Of a stretch of 64,000 bases of DNA, positions 51,401 through 64,000 are shown in pieces; the stretch's first letter is position 1, and every line of letters begins with the position of its first letter. The notes beneath the pieces were generated by a model. It saw only the letters and a list, made by a program, of their open reading frames with translations. It searched no databases and was not told where the DNA came from. The DNA lies in assembly GCA_020536535.1 (NCBI GenBank), contig JAHLWZ010000792.1, forward strand, positions 1-64,000, read 5' to 3'. Position numbers and translations under genes: made by a program. Origin of the DNA: Pelomyxa schiedti (taxonomy: Eukaryota; Protista; Evosea).

Positions 51401-54400
51401 CTATCTCTTCTCTGTCCTGACGAACCGTCCAATGAGATATATGGCCACTCTGAGTACAATGAATAGTCCCGCACATATCAACAAATCCCACTAGGAAACC
51501 GGGTTAGCGTGATGATGGAAGACGGGAATGTTTAACACACTTTGAGCATGTGCTCTTTGTAGCCACAGGCGTTCACAAACGCATCAAAGTAGATAGACGG
51601 TGGTATTTCTCCTGATTCAGAGGCCATCACATTTTTCTCTTTGGCGAATTCATTCACCACGAAAGGCTCAAACAAGTAGTTCATATAACTGACCTATTCC
51701 AAGGTGGGTCAGTGTGTTTGTGTAAGAGACCTCTTACTCTGAAAAGGCCACCATATGAAACATCACCAGGCATTATTTGAGACCCACTGAGGAGCGTCAT
51801 TGCAAGAAGGAATCCAACATAAATAGCAGTAGCCTCATTCGTTGAAGCAGAGAAGAGGCATATCAACTCTGCCCAACACCATGCTAGAAGGGCGGCCAAT
51901 AAGCAGATCTACACAGTGTTAAGAGACGCAGTGCATAGGCGACATACCGCGAAGAAAACACCCCCATAATTTACAGTACCCCCATCTCCAAAGGCCATCC
52001 AGTAGAAAGGAATGGCTGCAATAATGAGGAAAAATAAAGAAGATAGCCAGGTGTACCGCATAAAATTGCGTCGAGGAAGCAAATAGGTACTTGCACACAC
52101 ATATTGGCAAGAAAATAGGCACCTGACGTGTAAAGTCCAGCACCATGCTCTCTGAAGTAAAGAATGCGAGAGTCGATAATTATTCCAATGGAATTCATGA
52201 TCATAATGGAAAAGGCGATGAGAGCGAATGTGAGGGCACCCATTCGCTGACCTGCAGATGTGGCGTCAGGGTCGCGAGGTAAATCCCAATAAAGCTAGGA
52301 CACTGTTAAAGAAAACAACTACGTGAATAATTAAGTTTGTATAGGATACACCCCCGGCTATTAACCCTATCACAAGCGAGGAAATCATTTGGAGCCAGAA
52401 TGCTTTCACATTTCGAAGAGAAACGAGCCAATTCCTTAAAATCAAGTACCAAAAGGATTGCAGTATCTGTTTCTTTTTTCCTCTCTGTGCTTTCTCTATT
52501 TATTTTTTATCTCATTAAGTCCTATTTAAATAAAGTTGAAGCCAAACCAGAAAGCCAGGATGGGTTGGCGGTTGTGGCAGGAGCTACAGTGTATTTTAGG
52601 TAGGCACTTTCAGTGTATTTTTGAGAAAGTGCAACAAGATTGATTGCAGTATTATGTTTGAGTTCAAGTGTTCCTAGGATGGAAAGTTTGACTGAAGTTT
52701 CTCTCACAATACTACTTACCGGTATCACCGCCGGTTGGTGTTTCGACTGTGGCAGCAGGGCGAGAGGAAAGTAAGTCGATAACGAAATCTAAGAAAGATC
52801 AACAGAAATCCTTAAAAACCAATGGCCACACCAGCTAGATTTTCATTGGGTGGTGGAGTTATCTCAAGTGATTTAAAGTACGGTAGTACATCCCTAATGA
52901 AGACGTTAAAGGAATATTTGCTACAAGGATGAGTTTACTTCACAGGACCGTAAAAAATAAGTCGTCCATCTGCCAGTAGGAGAAGATAGTCAAAAAGTTC
53001 GAATCTAATGACAGTTAGAACAATACTGTGTTGGAGCATACAGCATACATTTGACTCCGAGGCTGATGGATTGTACATATTGCAGTACTCCCATTTTCAA
53101 CAAATTTCTGAACTGCCTTTATGACTTGAAAAGCATTTTGAGCATCCAGACCAGAAGTAACCTTTTTAACTTGGAAAAAAACATAAAAGAAGGTGAGAGA
53201 TACCTCATCAATAAAGAGGAGTTGTGGTGAATTGACCACTTCTAATGCAATCGTGAGTCGTCGTCTTTCTCCTCCAGAAAGCTGAATTTTTTTAAAAAAA
53301 AAATAAAGTAGGAAGAAGACTTTACCCCACGTTTTTTCTCCCCACCAACTCTTGTGTTTGCAACTTTTTGTAAGTTGAAATTTTGTAACAATAGGGAAAT
53401 CAAGGCGCTTCTCTCGGCTGGGATCATATCGGGTAATTTTAGTTTTATTCGGTAGTCCAGTAGTTCTTTCGGTGTAAGTTCAGCTGGAGGATAAAAAAAA
53501 GTAACAGTCAGAGTGGTTCTTTGAAGGGAAAGAAAAATACGAATGAAAATCTTCCCAAGGTCAAAGAATGTTTGTTTTATTTTTGGTTTTTTTGGTGGGA
53601 GGGAAAGATGTCATGAGTTATAGAAAGCAGGAGAAGATTGAGTACATCATCTTGCATAACGTAGGCTGTATGATTCAAATAGACACTAGGACTTGGCTTG
53701 ATGCCGTCAATAAGTACAGATCCTCCAATTTTTCCAGTTTTATTCTTTCCTGCCAAAATGTCCAAAAGTGTGGATTTTCCTGGAAGTTATTGTAAGGGTG
53801 GGAAACATGCAGCGGAAAAATACCGCATCCAGAAGGACCCATTAACGCAATAAGCTTTCCAGAAGGCAGATAAGCAGATAGTCCCTTCAGAATATTAATG
53901 TCTTTTCCTTTTATTGGGACCGTGTATGTAATTCCAGAGAAGGACACAGAGAGACCCTTCTTAGCACTTGCCTCTGCTGCCTCTAGGTCTTCCTTTGGTA
54001 CCACGAACTCCGTGTGAAGGGACATGTTTTCAACAGCAGCTTTTAGCACAGTGGTACTTGTAATAGTTGTCGTTCGTAGCGTGCTGCAAGGGAATACATT
54101 ATTTTCAGCGTGAGAGTTCGGATGATAACATACCTTCCACCTGGATGCCAAAAAAAAATGCGGATGTAGTTTGAAGAAAAGAATATAAAGGAGAGATGTT
54201 ACCACTCAAGGAAGTGTACGGGGGGGAAAAAAAAAAAACAAAACAAAAAAAAAAAAGATCGCCAAAGTACCTCCGAGGTCCAAATTTGCCGGAAGCGCAA
54301 CCATTTTCCTCTTGGGCTTCGCCGTAGTCGCAACAAAGGCCAGCGCGTTGCCCAACGTGTTCGAGCCCTGGAGCACCGACGACATCTCCAGCTCCAGAGC

Positions 54401-54820
54401 CCTCGTCTCGGCCAGGGCCTTTAGAGTATCGGCAGTAACCAGCGGGTGCGTCGTCGGCGCCGGCGCCGGCAATGCTTTTTCTTTCTTGCTGTGGCCGTGA
54501 CGGCGGTGGTGGCGGCGATGGTGGTGGCGAGATTCGCTGCTGCTCGAGCCTGAGCCGTTGTCGTCGTCGGAGGGTGGGTTCGCGGCGTGCTTGGCCTTCT
54601 TGGGGGCCAGCGAGCATTCTTCTTCCTTGTTGGGGTCGCTGCTGGCTTTGGCGTCGTCTTCTTCCTTGTGGGAGAGCTTCTCCATCTTTACATCGGCGGT
54701 CTTGGCGCGTTTCGATGAGGAGGAAGAGGAGGAGGACGATCGGGATTTTGATTTCTCCTTCTTCGCGTGCTTCCTCTTTGGAACCGGAGATCTTTCGTTA
54801 CCGCTGTCGTTGTCGCTCAT
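51401..54820 (-). CDS. ABCG half transporter with long charged N-terminal extension, multi-exon
   Basis: Walker A GPSGCG|KSTLLDILAG, AYVMQDD, LSGGERRRL, FIDE|VTSGLD, IHQPRS and an ABC2 TM domain (FREHGAGLY). The exon starting at 54820 joins in frame through a 7-nt micro-exon at 54140-54134. Confidence 0.9.
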
Positions 54821-55378
54821 CTCGACCGTTGGTCAAACGCTACCGTTGGTTTTTTCTTGTTTTGATTTCGCCTATTGTTTTCTGATGTCCGTTAATCGCA
54901 TCCGGAAAATCTGACCGAGGAACGACGGCTGTTTTTGGAAGAAATGCCCGGTCAGTAGTGAAGCGCGAAGTGGATGAGCCTTTTCTCTTTTAGTGCCTCT
55001 GGTCAACATTACCATTGAGCGTGTTAGAGTTGAACTCTCAATTGAGAGGGAGGAAACCGTCAGTCCAGTCTTCATTTTCTTGCTTGATGGTAGGTGAACG
55101 TTCACGACTCAACGAATTTCCGTCTGGGGAAAATGTGCAATAATCGGAATGAACACTGTGATCTGGACTGAGAAAAATGGTCTGTGAGTGCGAATTTGGT
55201 TGTTGAAATCTGCATGGTGCAATCGGAAAATCAAGTTTGGCATAGTTTTATTTCTTCTTTGTTCCAACGAAACAACCAAGGTTGGTTGTTGGTCCTTTTT
55301 CTTTTTTTTTCTTACCCCTGCAATAAACCGTAACCAGAACACCGCAGCAAGAGCAAACACAGAGAACTGATAAATAAT

Positions 55379-56000
55379 ATGTCGGGCAGGGGACCGCCCC
55401 CACGCTCCTCCAGTGCCAAACGCGCTGCCCACTTCAACGAGACAAATGAGTATCAGAGACGTGAAAACTGGAGAGAGGTGATGCATTGTTGTGGGTCTGT
55501 AATGTGCATTCACTCCTCTGCTTTGAGGCACTTTTTTTTTTTTTTTTGGTTTTTTTTTGGGGGTGTACTGGTGTGCTGTTGTGCGTGGTGTGATACGGAA
55601 AAGAATGGGTTTTTTAAAAAAAGTACAGATAGAAAGTGGAACGAACGAGATGCTGGCTTTGGCCAAAGAAGCCGAAAGTAAAGCACTTTCCCAATCAACA
55701 GTGGAAAATGCCATCAAAGTAAAGGCCCTCGCTGAACGCCTTCAAGCCTTGGCCGAAAGTATTTTGGCGAACGAGAGGGGAACTCACGTGTGTCTCCTCC
55801 CTCATCCTTTGTTTTTTTATTTTGAATGTTCTTTTTGTTTGTTTGTTTTATTTTTTTATCTGTTTTTTCGTTTGTTCTTTCGCGTTATCTGATACGGATC
55901 TGGATCTATAATAGAAAAGGCAAAGGAAAGTCCCTGGACCAGGCGGCCGCGCTCAAGAATCACCAGATTCCCCGCCCTCGCCATCTTCTTACCCCAGGAA
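55379..56000 (+). CDS. Small hypothetical coiled-coil protein (3' end uncertain)
   Basis: MSGRGPPPRSS..RRENWRE, then a T-rich intron, then IESGTNEMLALAKEAESKAL..LAERLQALAESIL. Confidence 0.55.
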
Positions 56001-56080
56001 GAACTTATGAACCCATCTCTTCATTTGGGGGAAAAAATTGTAGTCTTCTTCTTTTTCCTTTGGGTGGTGTTTGTTATTTA

Positions 56081-59000
56081 TTATGATTTTAGCTTACGTG
56101 GGGCACCACCACGGCCCAGTGTCAATGCCCTCACGTTGGGATTGGTGCCTGGAGTAGTAGTGTTCCTTTGTGTTTTTTGTTGCACCAGCTGATAGAATGG
56201 GTTGTGGTGAATAGAGGCATTGATGGCGATGAGCCAATCCTCCATCACTGGTGCGCTATCTGCACTAAGATGGTATACATCATGGTGGCCCTGCAAATTG
56301 TGAGTTATGAGTGGTTGGTAACATAACTGTTTTAACAAGTTTTTGGGACTCCGTACTCTAGGTTATAAAAACAATATAAAGTGATAAGTAAACTATTTGC
56401 TTACTGCAACGAGTTCTCCAGCTTCCATTTTGCAGGCTTTTAGAGGTACATTGGCAGAGGAACTACTTATTCTTTGAATGGTAAAAAGGTTCTTCTTTGT
56501 GCCAACTGGAATCACTTCAACATTTTCCAGAGGGACTATACCACAGGGTTCTTTATCCTAGACTCAGGTAAAAATGCGAAAAAGCAACAGTTGTCCATAC
56601 GCCGGGGTTTTTAAAGTAATACAAGCAGTTATCTGAAAGTACAAACCACCGCTTTTTCCAAGTCTTGATCCGACCACCTTCTTTGGTCAACCACCCTTTC
56701 TTTTCTGCATTGGCAAAAACTCCCTTCTCCATTTTAATTTCATCGTGCACAATTCTAATTCTTTGGTAAGTAGATGTTGGACTGTAGAATGTCATACCTA
56801 TCGTAAATTTTTTCCAGATACTCTCCTGGTACATCCATCCCACTGTTGATACCCCTATTATTGCGCAGAAACTCTGCTTTGCTCATCTTGTTCTTGACCT
56901 GCGGGCTGTGGGCATCGGTATTAAGCATAATCACGCTAAACGCAAGAACGTAAACAGCATCAGATGAAGCTAATAGTCCTGTCGGATTTTGCGTGAAGTA
57001 GTGGTGGGCAAATTGCTCCATGATACGGTCAATCACTTGAGATTCTCCAGGTAAACGGAAAGACATTAAAAGGCGGCTATGGTGATTGTTAATGACCTAC
57101 AAAGGCTAAATTTTAATACCGAAGAGCAATGTCAAATTCAAGCCCAGTGAAATCAAAAGTTTTGATAAAAGCAGTCAAGATATCACGGTTGAATTGCTCC
57201 CTGTATAAACGTCATTTGGTTTAACCAATGTTACACTGTAACCTTCCGCCAATATATTCTCCAATTTTCACTTTATTGAGGGCACTTGTGGACAATAACC
57301 AGGCAGCAATTTCAGCCGGTTCTTCCTTAATGAGGCCCGCCTTTTGCATGTACTCAACACCCTGGTTGTGATTAGAGTCTTTGTTGAATTGAGAGAAATA
57401 AAACTTGTGAGGGCTTATGGTTGAACAACTGTATTGCCTTAGTTGAGTGCTCTTTGTATTTAGCCTGGAACTCGGGTGATTCTCGTTCCCGAGATTTGGA
57501 AAGAACAGCTCTAAGGTGAGTCATTTATTAGAAGACACTCCTAGGAATACACAAATACCTTTGTTTGTTTAGTGATTCTAATTCTTGTAGAGGTAGAACC
57601 CCTAGCTCCAGAGCTAAGTCATACGGCGTTTTCCCATTTTTGTCTTTGTAGAAAAGTGGATCACACCCTCTATTAAACATGAATCAGATTTGCAGTTCAT
57701 AAGTGACAGGAACAACTTCAAAATGAGAATTCTAGCAGCATCGATATTTTTTTGCTCAATCGCTGAGTGCAGTGGCGAATTTGATTCACAGTCAGGTTGA
57801 TGGAGCTTCATTTTTTCAAATTCCTCAGATGAGATCATCGCTTGGCTCCTGAACCAATTAGTTTTTTTCCTGCTACTGAACGTCATACGTGGATTTTTCT
57901 TCTAGGTATTGCAACCATAAGGAATCAATGACAAGACCTATACTTGTTGGAGCACCAACACAGGCTGAGACATGAAGTGCAGTTTGTCCTTTTTTATTTA
58001 CAATCCTGGTGTCAGCATGTTTTGACAGCAAACACTTTGACAAAGAAGTCAGTTGAAATCTTTCACGCTTTCAAGTAATAGATTTACCTTGACTGACGAG
58101 GGGAAGCCATTGGAGATTGCATAGTTAAGAGCCGTGTTGCCATCTAAATCCTTATGCATGTAAAGGTACATTTACACATGCAATCCCTTACTTGGACGTT
58201 CACGTCGGCACCGATATTACACAAAAGAGTAATGAGGGCACAATTTCCGTTTCCTGCCGCAGCATGAAGAGGTGTAATGCCATCTCCATTAACAGCTGTG
58301 AAACACCGTGAGAGGATTCGAGGTTGAAATCCAAAGAACCAGTTATGCTTGCACCATGAACTAATAATACTTTAACAACAGCTGGGTTGCCTTGTGCTGA
58401 AGCTATATGAAGAGGTGTCATTCCCGTGTTATCTACAGTTGTTACGGTTGCTCCTTTGTGTATCTTGATAATCCAATTAGTAGATAGTTATTTGTATGGA
58501 GCCCTACTAAGAAAGAGACAGCATTATAGTTATCAGAGGCAGACGCAGCATGAAGTGGTGTCATTCCATTGCTTGCTTTAGTTTCCAGAGTCTGTGCTCC
58601 TCCATAGGCAAGTAACATGGAAATACAATCGATGCACCCAGAGAGACATGCCTGGAAAATATGTTGTGAGGGCTGTTGCTTTCCACGCACGCACCTTATG
58701 AAGTGGGAGGGCTCCTGAGGTATCTTTTGTCGTAGGACAAGCTTTTGCTTGTAACAACGCTTCTAAGCACATGAAATTACCTTTACCAGCGGCGACATCT
58801 GGTTGGAATTAAACCACTTCCTCAAACAATTCCCACACACGTAATGGGGTGAGGCCATCTTGGTCCTTATCCTCCACCAGGTCTACCTGGACAGCCGAAA
58901 TGGCTTTAATTACTTCAGGAAGACCACCAATTACGGCATGGTGCAAAGAATTCCAACTGCTAGAATCCTTGAGGGATGGGTTGGCACCCTTGGCTAACAG

Positions 59001-60002
59001 ATCAAGTGCATTTTGGGCACACCCCGCTGCACAAGCATAGTGCAGGGATGTACGCAAAGTATCTGGTGAATCTACGACATCAACAGGTACCCCACTTTGC
59101 AAAAGCTAACAAATAGTAAGAGCAGGTAAAAAATGAGTGCGCCATACAAGTTGCAATATTTCGGAGTCAGGATTGGTAGCGGCAACATGAAGAGGTGTCA
59201 CAGAAGGAATTGAACTACAATTTAATAATGCATCAGGGAAATTTTTTACTAACAGCTCCATGCACCTGGAATCGTTGATTTGAACATTCAATAGTGGGAA
59301 TGAGAATACTTGTAGTAATTCTTGGACGTGGCAATATGAAACACAGAAGGAACATTTGGTTTGGTCCCCTCGATCACTGCACCTCCCTTAATAAGTAATT
59401 CCACAATTTCCTCAAATCCACCATCCACAGCATAATGCAGTACTATGAAGGGGGGGAAAAAAATATAAGCAACCAACAAAAGTGGGGGAGAAAAAACCAG
59501 AAAATCCACGGGAATCTATTGCGTTTGGGTCCCCTCCGTTTCCCATAAGTACAGACAGGCACTCGCGTGACCCCGACGCCGCGGCGTGGTGCATTGGAGT
59601 GCGCCCAAGTTGGTCGGCCTTGTTGATTGCCCGCAGCAGTTGCTTTTGTTGCTTTTTATGTACGTCGCTTTTGTGGGGAGACTCGGCCTCTCGCTCCTGC
59701 TCCTGCTCATCGTGGTCGTGACTGTGGTGGTGTTTAGACTTATGGGACGACTCAGCATGGTGCTTGGGGTGGTGTTTGGAGGAGTGCTGGTGTTGTTTTC
59801 CAGACTTATGGGATGTCGGTTCCTTGTCCTCGTGGTCGCCTTGATTTGGAGAAGACGACGACAAGGGCGGGGACTCGTGAGTAGATAGGACCGTCCCCAT
59901 TGCCGAAAGCGCAACTGACAGACCAACGTGGTCCCCGTTGTACGACATTTCGTGCAAGTTGCTACCAGTCGCCTCGTTGTTTGTGCTTAAAGGCGTAGAC
60001 AT
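56081..60002 (-). CDS. Ankyrin-repeat, Sec7 and PH domain Arf-GEF (Dictyostelium SecG-like)
   Basis: More than 10 ankyrin repeats (TPLH motifs), Sec7 [24 protein letters not shown] and [23 protein letters not shown]. Confidence 0.93.
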
Positions 60003-60170
60003 GTGTGGCGGTTAGCGTTTTTGTTTTTGTTTTTTTTTTTCCCTTGCCGCTCTTCCGCTAAACCCCGACTCTCAGACACTCCCAAATCACAACCGAAACC
60101 TGCTCAGCCTCGGTGTATCACGCTAAAAATGCCTTATTTTTCGGCTCCTTTCTCCTTTTTTGGTTTTACT

Positions 60171-61715
60171 TTAGAAACCAAGGGAAGTGTGTAGACGCCC
60201 AGCAAGAATGTCTATGAATGCGTCACAGGTCACCCAGTCGGATCTGGACAGTGCCTCCCCCTTTACCAATAGTGCCAAGTCCCTGGTCATAACCCCACCC
60301 TCAATGAGTTCAACACAGTTCCTCTCCACTGCAGTGCAGAACTCTACAAGTGCCGCGTTATCGTCCAGCTTCCCGCGGTGCGCCAGCCCCCTTGTCCAGG
60401 CAAATATGGAAGCCACCGGATTCGTAGCGGTGATTTCGCCACTGCTTTGCCGCTTCCACATCCGGAAGTGCCGGGTCACAGTACCGTGGCCCGGTTCGGT
60501 CTGTATTGTGCGGCCGTCGGGGCTGATTAGAACGGTTGTCATGAGACCGGGTGAGTTGAATCCTTGGCCAACGCAGTCGGCCTCAATATCTCCATCGTAG
60601 TTCTTGCATGCCCAGATATACCCGCCGTCGGACTACAAATGGGGAGTGAAGAGAACCTCGGTTGTGGGAGATTAATAGTCGGAGTGTAGCTTTTACCTTG
60701 AGCATGAAAGCAACCATGTCGTCAATAAGTCTGTGCTCGTAATTGATGCCTGCTTTGGCAAACTGGGCAGCAAACTCGGTGCTGTATATTTGCTCAAATA
60801 TATTCTTGAAGCGGCCGTCGTATGTCTTCAGAATAGTATTCTTGGTAGTGAAGTAGAGGGATTGCCTCTTGTACAAAGCGATATTCATACAAGCGCGAGC
60901 AAAGGCACAGATAGACGCATCGGTGTTAAACATACCCAGGGCGATTCCTGAACAAGGTCTCAATTTCATGGCAAAATAACTCACTTACCAGGGCTGGTAA
61001 ATTTGTTAATTTGCACAACTTGGCTGGTACCATCATTACCAGTGTATACCAGCTCAACTTTGCCAGGCCCAGGAATGACAATTTCAGAAGCCTGCAAACA
61101 ACGCTAAGTAAGCCTCTTGCACTACACTTCAATCACACTTTGTATTGATCGGCATAAGAGTGTCGACCAATGGTGATGGGCTTGATCCACCCAGGAATAA
61201 GACGTGGGATATTCTTGCAAACTATTGGCTCTCTGAAAATAGTCCCACCTAAAAAAGAGTGGGGTTATCAACGAATCACTGTTATGTTTCCTGAACAGAA
61301 GATTGTCAAGGATTATGTGAGCAAAAATCCACGAAATTAATAGTCAAGAAACAACAAAGAGAATATAACCACGACTACGAATAAATAAATAAATACCAAG
61401 GATCTCTCTAGGTCCATTGGGGCGCCTCCACGGGTTGGTAAGTCCAAATTCACTGGCGCTGTGCTCGTCAGGCGTGATTGTGGGACACTTAATTCCAACG
61501 TTGTGCGCCCTGACAGCCCTCACAGCCTCGTTTGTTACCTCATCGTTGGTGTCGTTTCGGTTCTGTATCGACAGATCAAAGTACTGAATGGGCACGTCAA
61601 CAAATGGTGTGATGAGATTCCCTTTGACCAACTTCCACACGGCACCCGCCATTTCGTCCCCATTCATTTCTACCACCGGATGCGCAACATGGATCCTGTT
61701 GTCCGTTGACGCCAT
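60171..61715 (-). CDS. IDH: NADP-type (IDH1-like) isocitrate dehydrogenase homolog, divergent
   Basis: [74 protein letters not shown] and [13 protein letters not shown]. Confidence 0.92.
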
Positions 61716-61783
61716 CTACCAATATTCGTTGAAAAAAGCCCAAACGGGCCCGTCAGCCGTTTGAAAAAACGAAAAGCCCAGAG

Positions 61784-62774
61784 ATGATGGGGGAACAACG
61801 GCCGACTTGTCGTGTGTTGTGTGCATGCATATGTGTTTTGGCCTTGGGTGTTGGGTCGATCGATGGTGCTCAGTACAACAATTCTGCGGCGGTCGAGTAC
61901 GCGCAGGCTTGGTGGAATGGCGCCAATCACGATTGTGGGAGCTCGTATGATGCGTGTACGCCGTGGAGTTACTGGGGATCCGAGCACTGTGGGTTGTCAT
62001 CTCACGGTGGCGGTATGCTGTTTGTAGTGATTGGTGGAATGGTACTTGTGGGATACGCGCTTCTTGCTCTAGAATGTTTGTTTTTTTGTTTGTTTGGGGT
62101 GAACGAAACGAGTGATGTGCTTTTCGAAAAATAGATGGGGCAAATTTCGTGTCACAGTGCCTTTTAGCTGCCGGTCATCCTGACTTGGTTTGTTTTTGAT
62201 TTTTGTAGTATGGAATGGACTAACTAATGTTTCTTGGATAAGGTTATATCTCCTTGTCGAGGATATCCTTGCGGCAGAGAGGAAATTGGAGGTATCACCC
62301 TCAGCACCTGCCTATAGTGTGTATTCCCCTCCTTTCAACTATCTCATTCGTTTATGGACTGGCTAACCCACACCCAATGTTCCATGAATGTAGCCAAAAC
62401 TATGGTTGGAAATCAACTTGCGGTGCACATGCAGCATTGCCGTCGAGTATTGTGCCTGGTGATGTGCTGGTTTTTCACGGAAGTGCGTTTGCACTATTGT
62501 TTTCCTTCTCCAATTCGTGGACTCATGTTTCAGCAGGTTCCTGCACAGATTCGGATGTATTCACTTGTTGTTAATTACTCAAATAACATACCCAGACTCA
62601 CGCCACACTGATTGTTGCAATTTACAATTCAACAGCTTACATCGCCAGTCACTCCAATCAGCACTGGAGTATGTTCTGTACTTCCACACTTTTTGCTTAT
62701 GATGAACAGACTACCCACACACCAATTATGCCACACAGTACGGCTACTATGAATGGCTTCATCTCCCCTCATAA
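61784..62774 (+). CDS. Secreted Amidase_6/NlpC-P60-like protein with the catalytic Cys replaced by Gly
   Basis: Signal-like N-terminus, YNNSAAVEYAQAWW, GG|DGANFVSQCLLAAG (normally DCANFVSQ), PGDVLVF and HATLIV..IASHS. Confidence 0.72.
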
Positions 62775-62850
62775 CTCAAAACAATCGAAATGTTTTTTTT
62801 GTTTTGAAAGGAACAAATGCTACCAAAAACAAGAATGAATTCCCGCTTGT

Positions 62851-64000
62851 CTATAACAAAATACATAGACGTCTCTTTGGACGTTGTCCAGTGCTTATCC
62901 CCTCCCCACCCCCAATGCTGGCTGTGAGTGCCTCAGGTTCCCTCAAATACTCACGTATCTCGCGAACGAGAAGATGGAATGTTTCCTCCACATTGATCTT
63001 TGTCTTAGCAGAGGCAAGAACGAAAGATACCTCGAGCATCCTGGCTAACTCGTTTGCTTCCGCGGGTGTCACCCGCCATTCTTGGGGGAGGTCGGCTTTG
63101 TTTCCGACAATGATCACTGGTACTCTGCTGGAATCTTTCACCTCCAGAATGTGCCTGAAAAGACTGCCAGTATCTGCAAAACTTGCCCGTGATGTCATAG
63201 AGAACATTAAGATAAAGCCTTGCCCAGTGCGCATGTACTGATCCCTAATGTCTTTTAAGTACTGCCATGAACATAGTAATAATGGAGTACCTCAAGGTAC
63301 TCAGTTCTTCCTGTCCTAAACAAGTGTTACTTTTTTTTTTTGGTAGTTTAATAATGGGAATAACCAGCAGTATCCTGTAGATATTATGTAAGTTATCTCA
63401 TCAACGGGGGAATTCATTCATACAAGGATGTTTAGCAAGCAGTCAACATCATCAACAGACACTTGCTTACGATAGCACTAAGTATATTAAAGAAGATTAG
63501 AACTCGACCGATGGGGAAAAGAGGCATGCATCTTCAATCGTTGGGTCGTATACTTCGATAAAGCGATCTTTTACAAACGAAATTGTAAAAGCTGATCTGG
63601 AGGCAGTCAATACTATTTTTGAATTGATAAGAGAAAAGCCAGTACTTGCCAACACCCCCAAGGCCAACTACACAAACTTTATAGTCATTATTATCCCGTT
63701 CTCCAGGTTGTCGTGGAGGGTATTTTCTGGGTTTTGGAACAGCTGGTTGCTTGCATGGGTTAGAGTTTTAGGGAGGAAACTGAGTCAACTACATACCGTA
63801 CTGGTAGATTGGTTTTGAGGTACTGTAGTAATTGCGGGACTTGCTGAACTTGCGGGAGTTGCGGGAGTTGTTGCTGGGGTAGACGAAGGAGAGGGCGAAA
63901 GGAGACAACTAGAGGATGTATGGTGTAAAGGAGGAGGCCTGGATGGAGGGGGAGGTGGGGGAGGTGTAAATGCGTTTATAGGTGATGGTTTAGCTTGGGA
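62851..64000 (-). CDS. Ras-family GTPase with Pro/Ser/Thr-rich N-terminal extension (5' end outside window)
   Basis: YKVCVVGLGGVGK|SAFTI..YDPTIED|CYRKQV..DTAG|QEELSTLR|DQYMRTGQGF..GNKAD..SAK and the CAAX end CILL. Confidence 0.92.

Overview
Gene-dense eukaryotic genomic DNA with many short (mostly about 40-60 nt) spliceosomal introns, several 7-10 nt micro-exons and a few GC-AG introns. The gene set (SHK-type kinase-SH2, ankyrin-Sec7-PH SecG-like GEF, LRR-RGS) points to an amoebozoan. An archamoeba such as Pelomyxa is my guess only. About 28 genes were reconstructed by manual splicing, including housekeeping genes for RRP6, prolyl oligopeptidase, LMBR1-family protein, cathepsin L-like protease, DDX49, Rab2, AP-3 beta, ABCG, IDH and Ras. 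The accessory zone at 3.3-15.6 kb is the most interesting. It holds an intact 4-exon gene for a pierisin/CARP/scabin-type guanine ADP-ribosyltransferase fused to a jacalin-like lectin. That gene sits head-to-head with a decayed IS630/Tc1 (DD36E) transposase and is bracketed by two divergent intronless paralogs of an unknown family. A 5'-truncated U2 snRNA copy lies nearby. Elsewhere there are an actinoporin-like pore-former gene, a radical SAM gene, a possible zf-UBP/CAP-C/SAP/archaemetzincin fusion, an IDH with altered substrate-site residues, and a dispersed palindromic element at gene 5' ends. All family calls are from motif recognition by eye, and no database searches were run.
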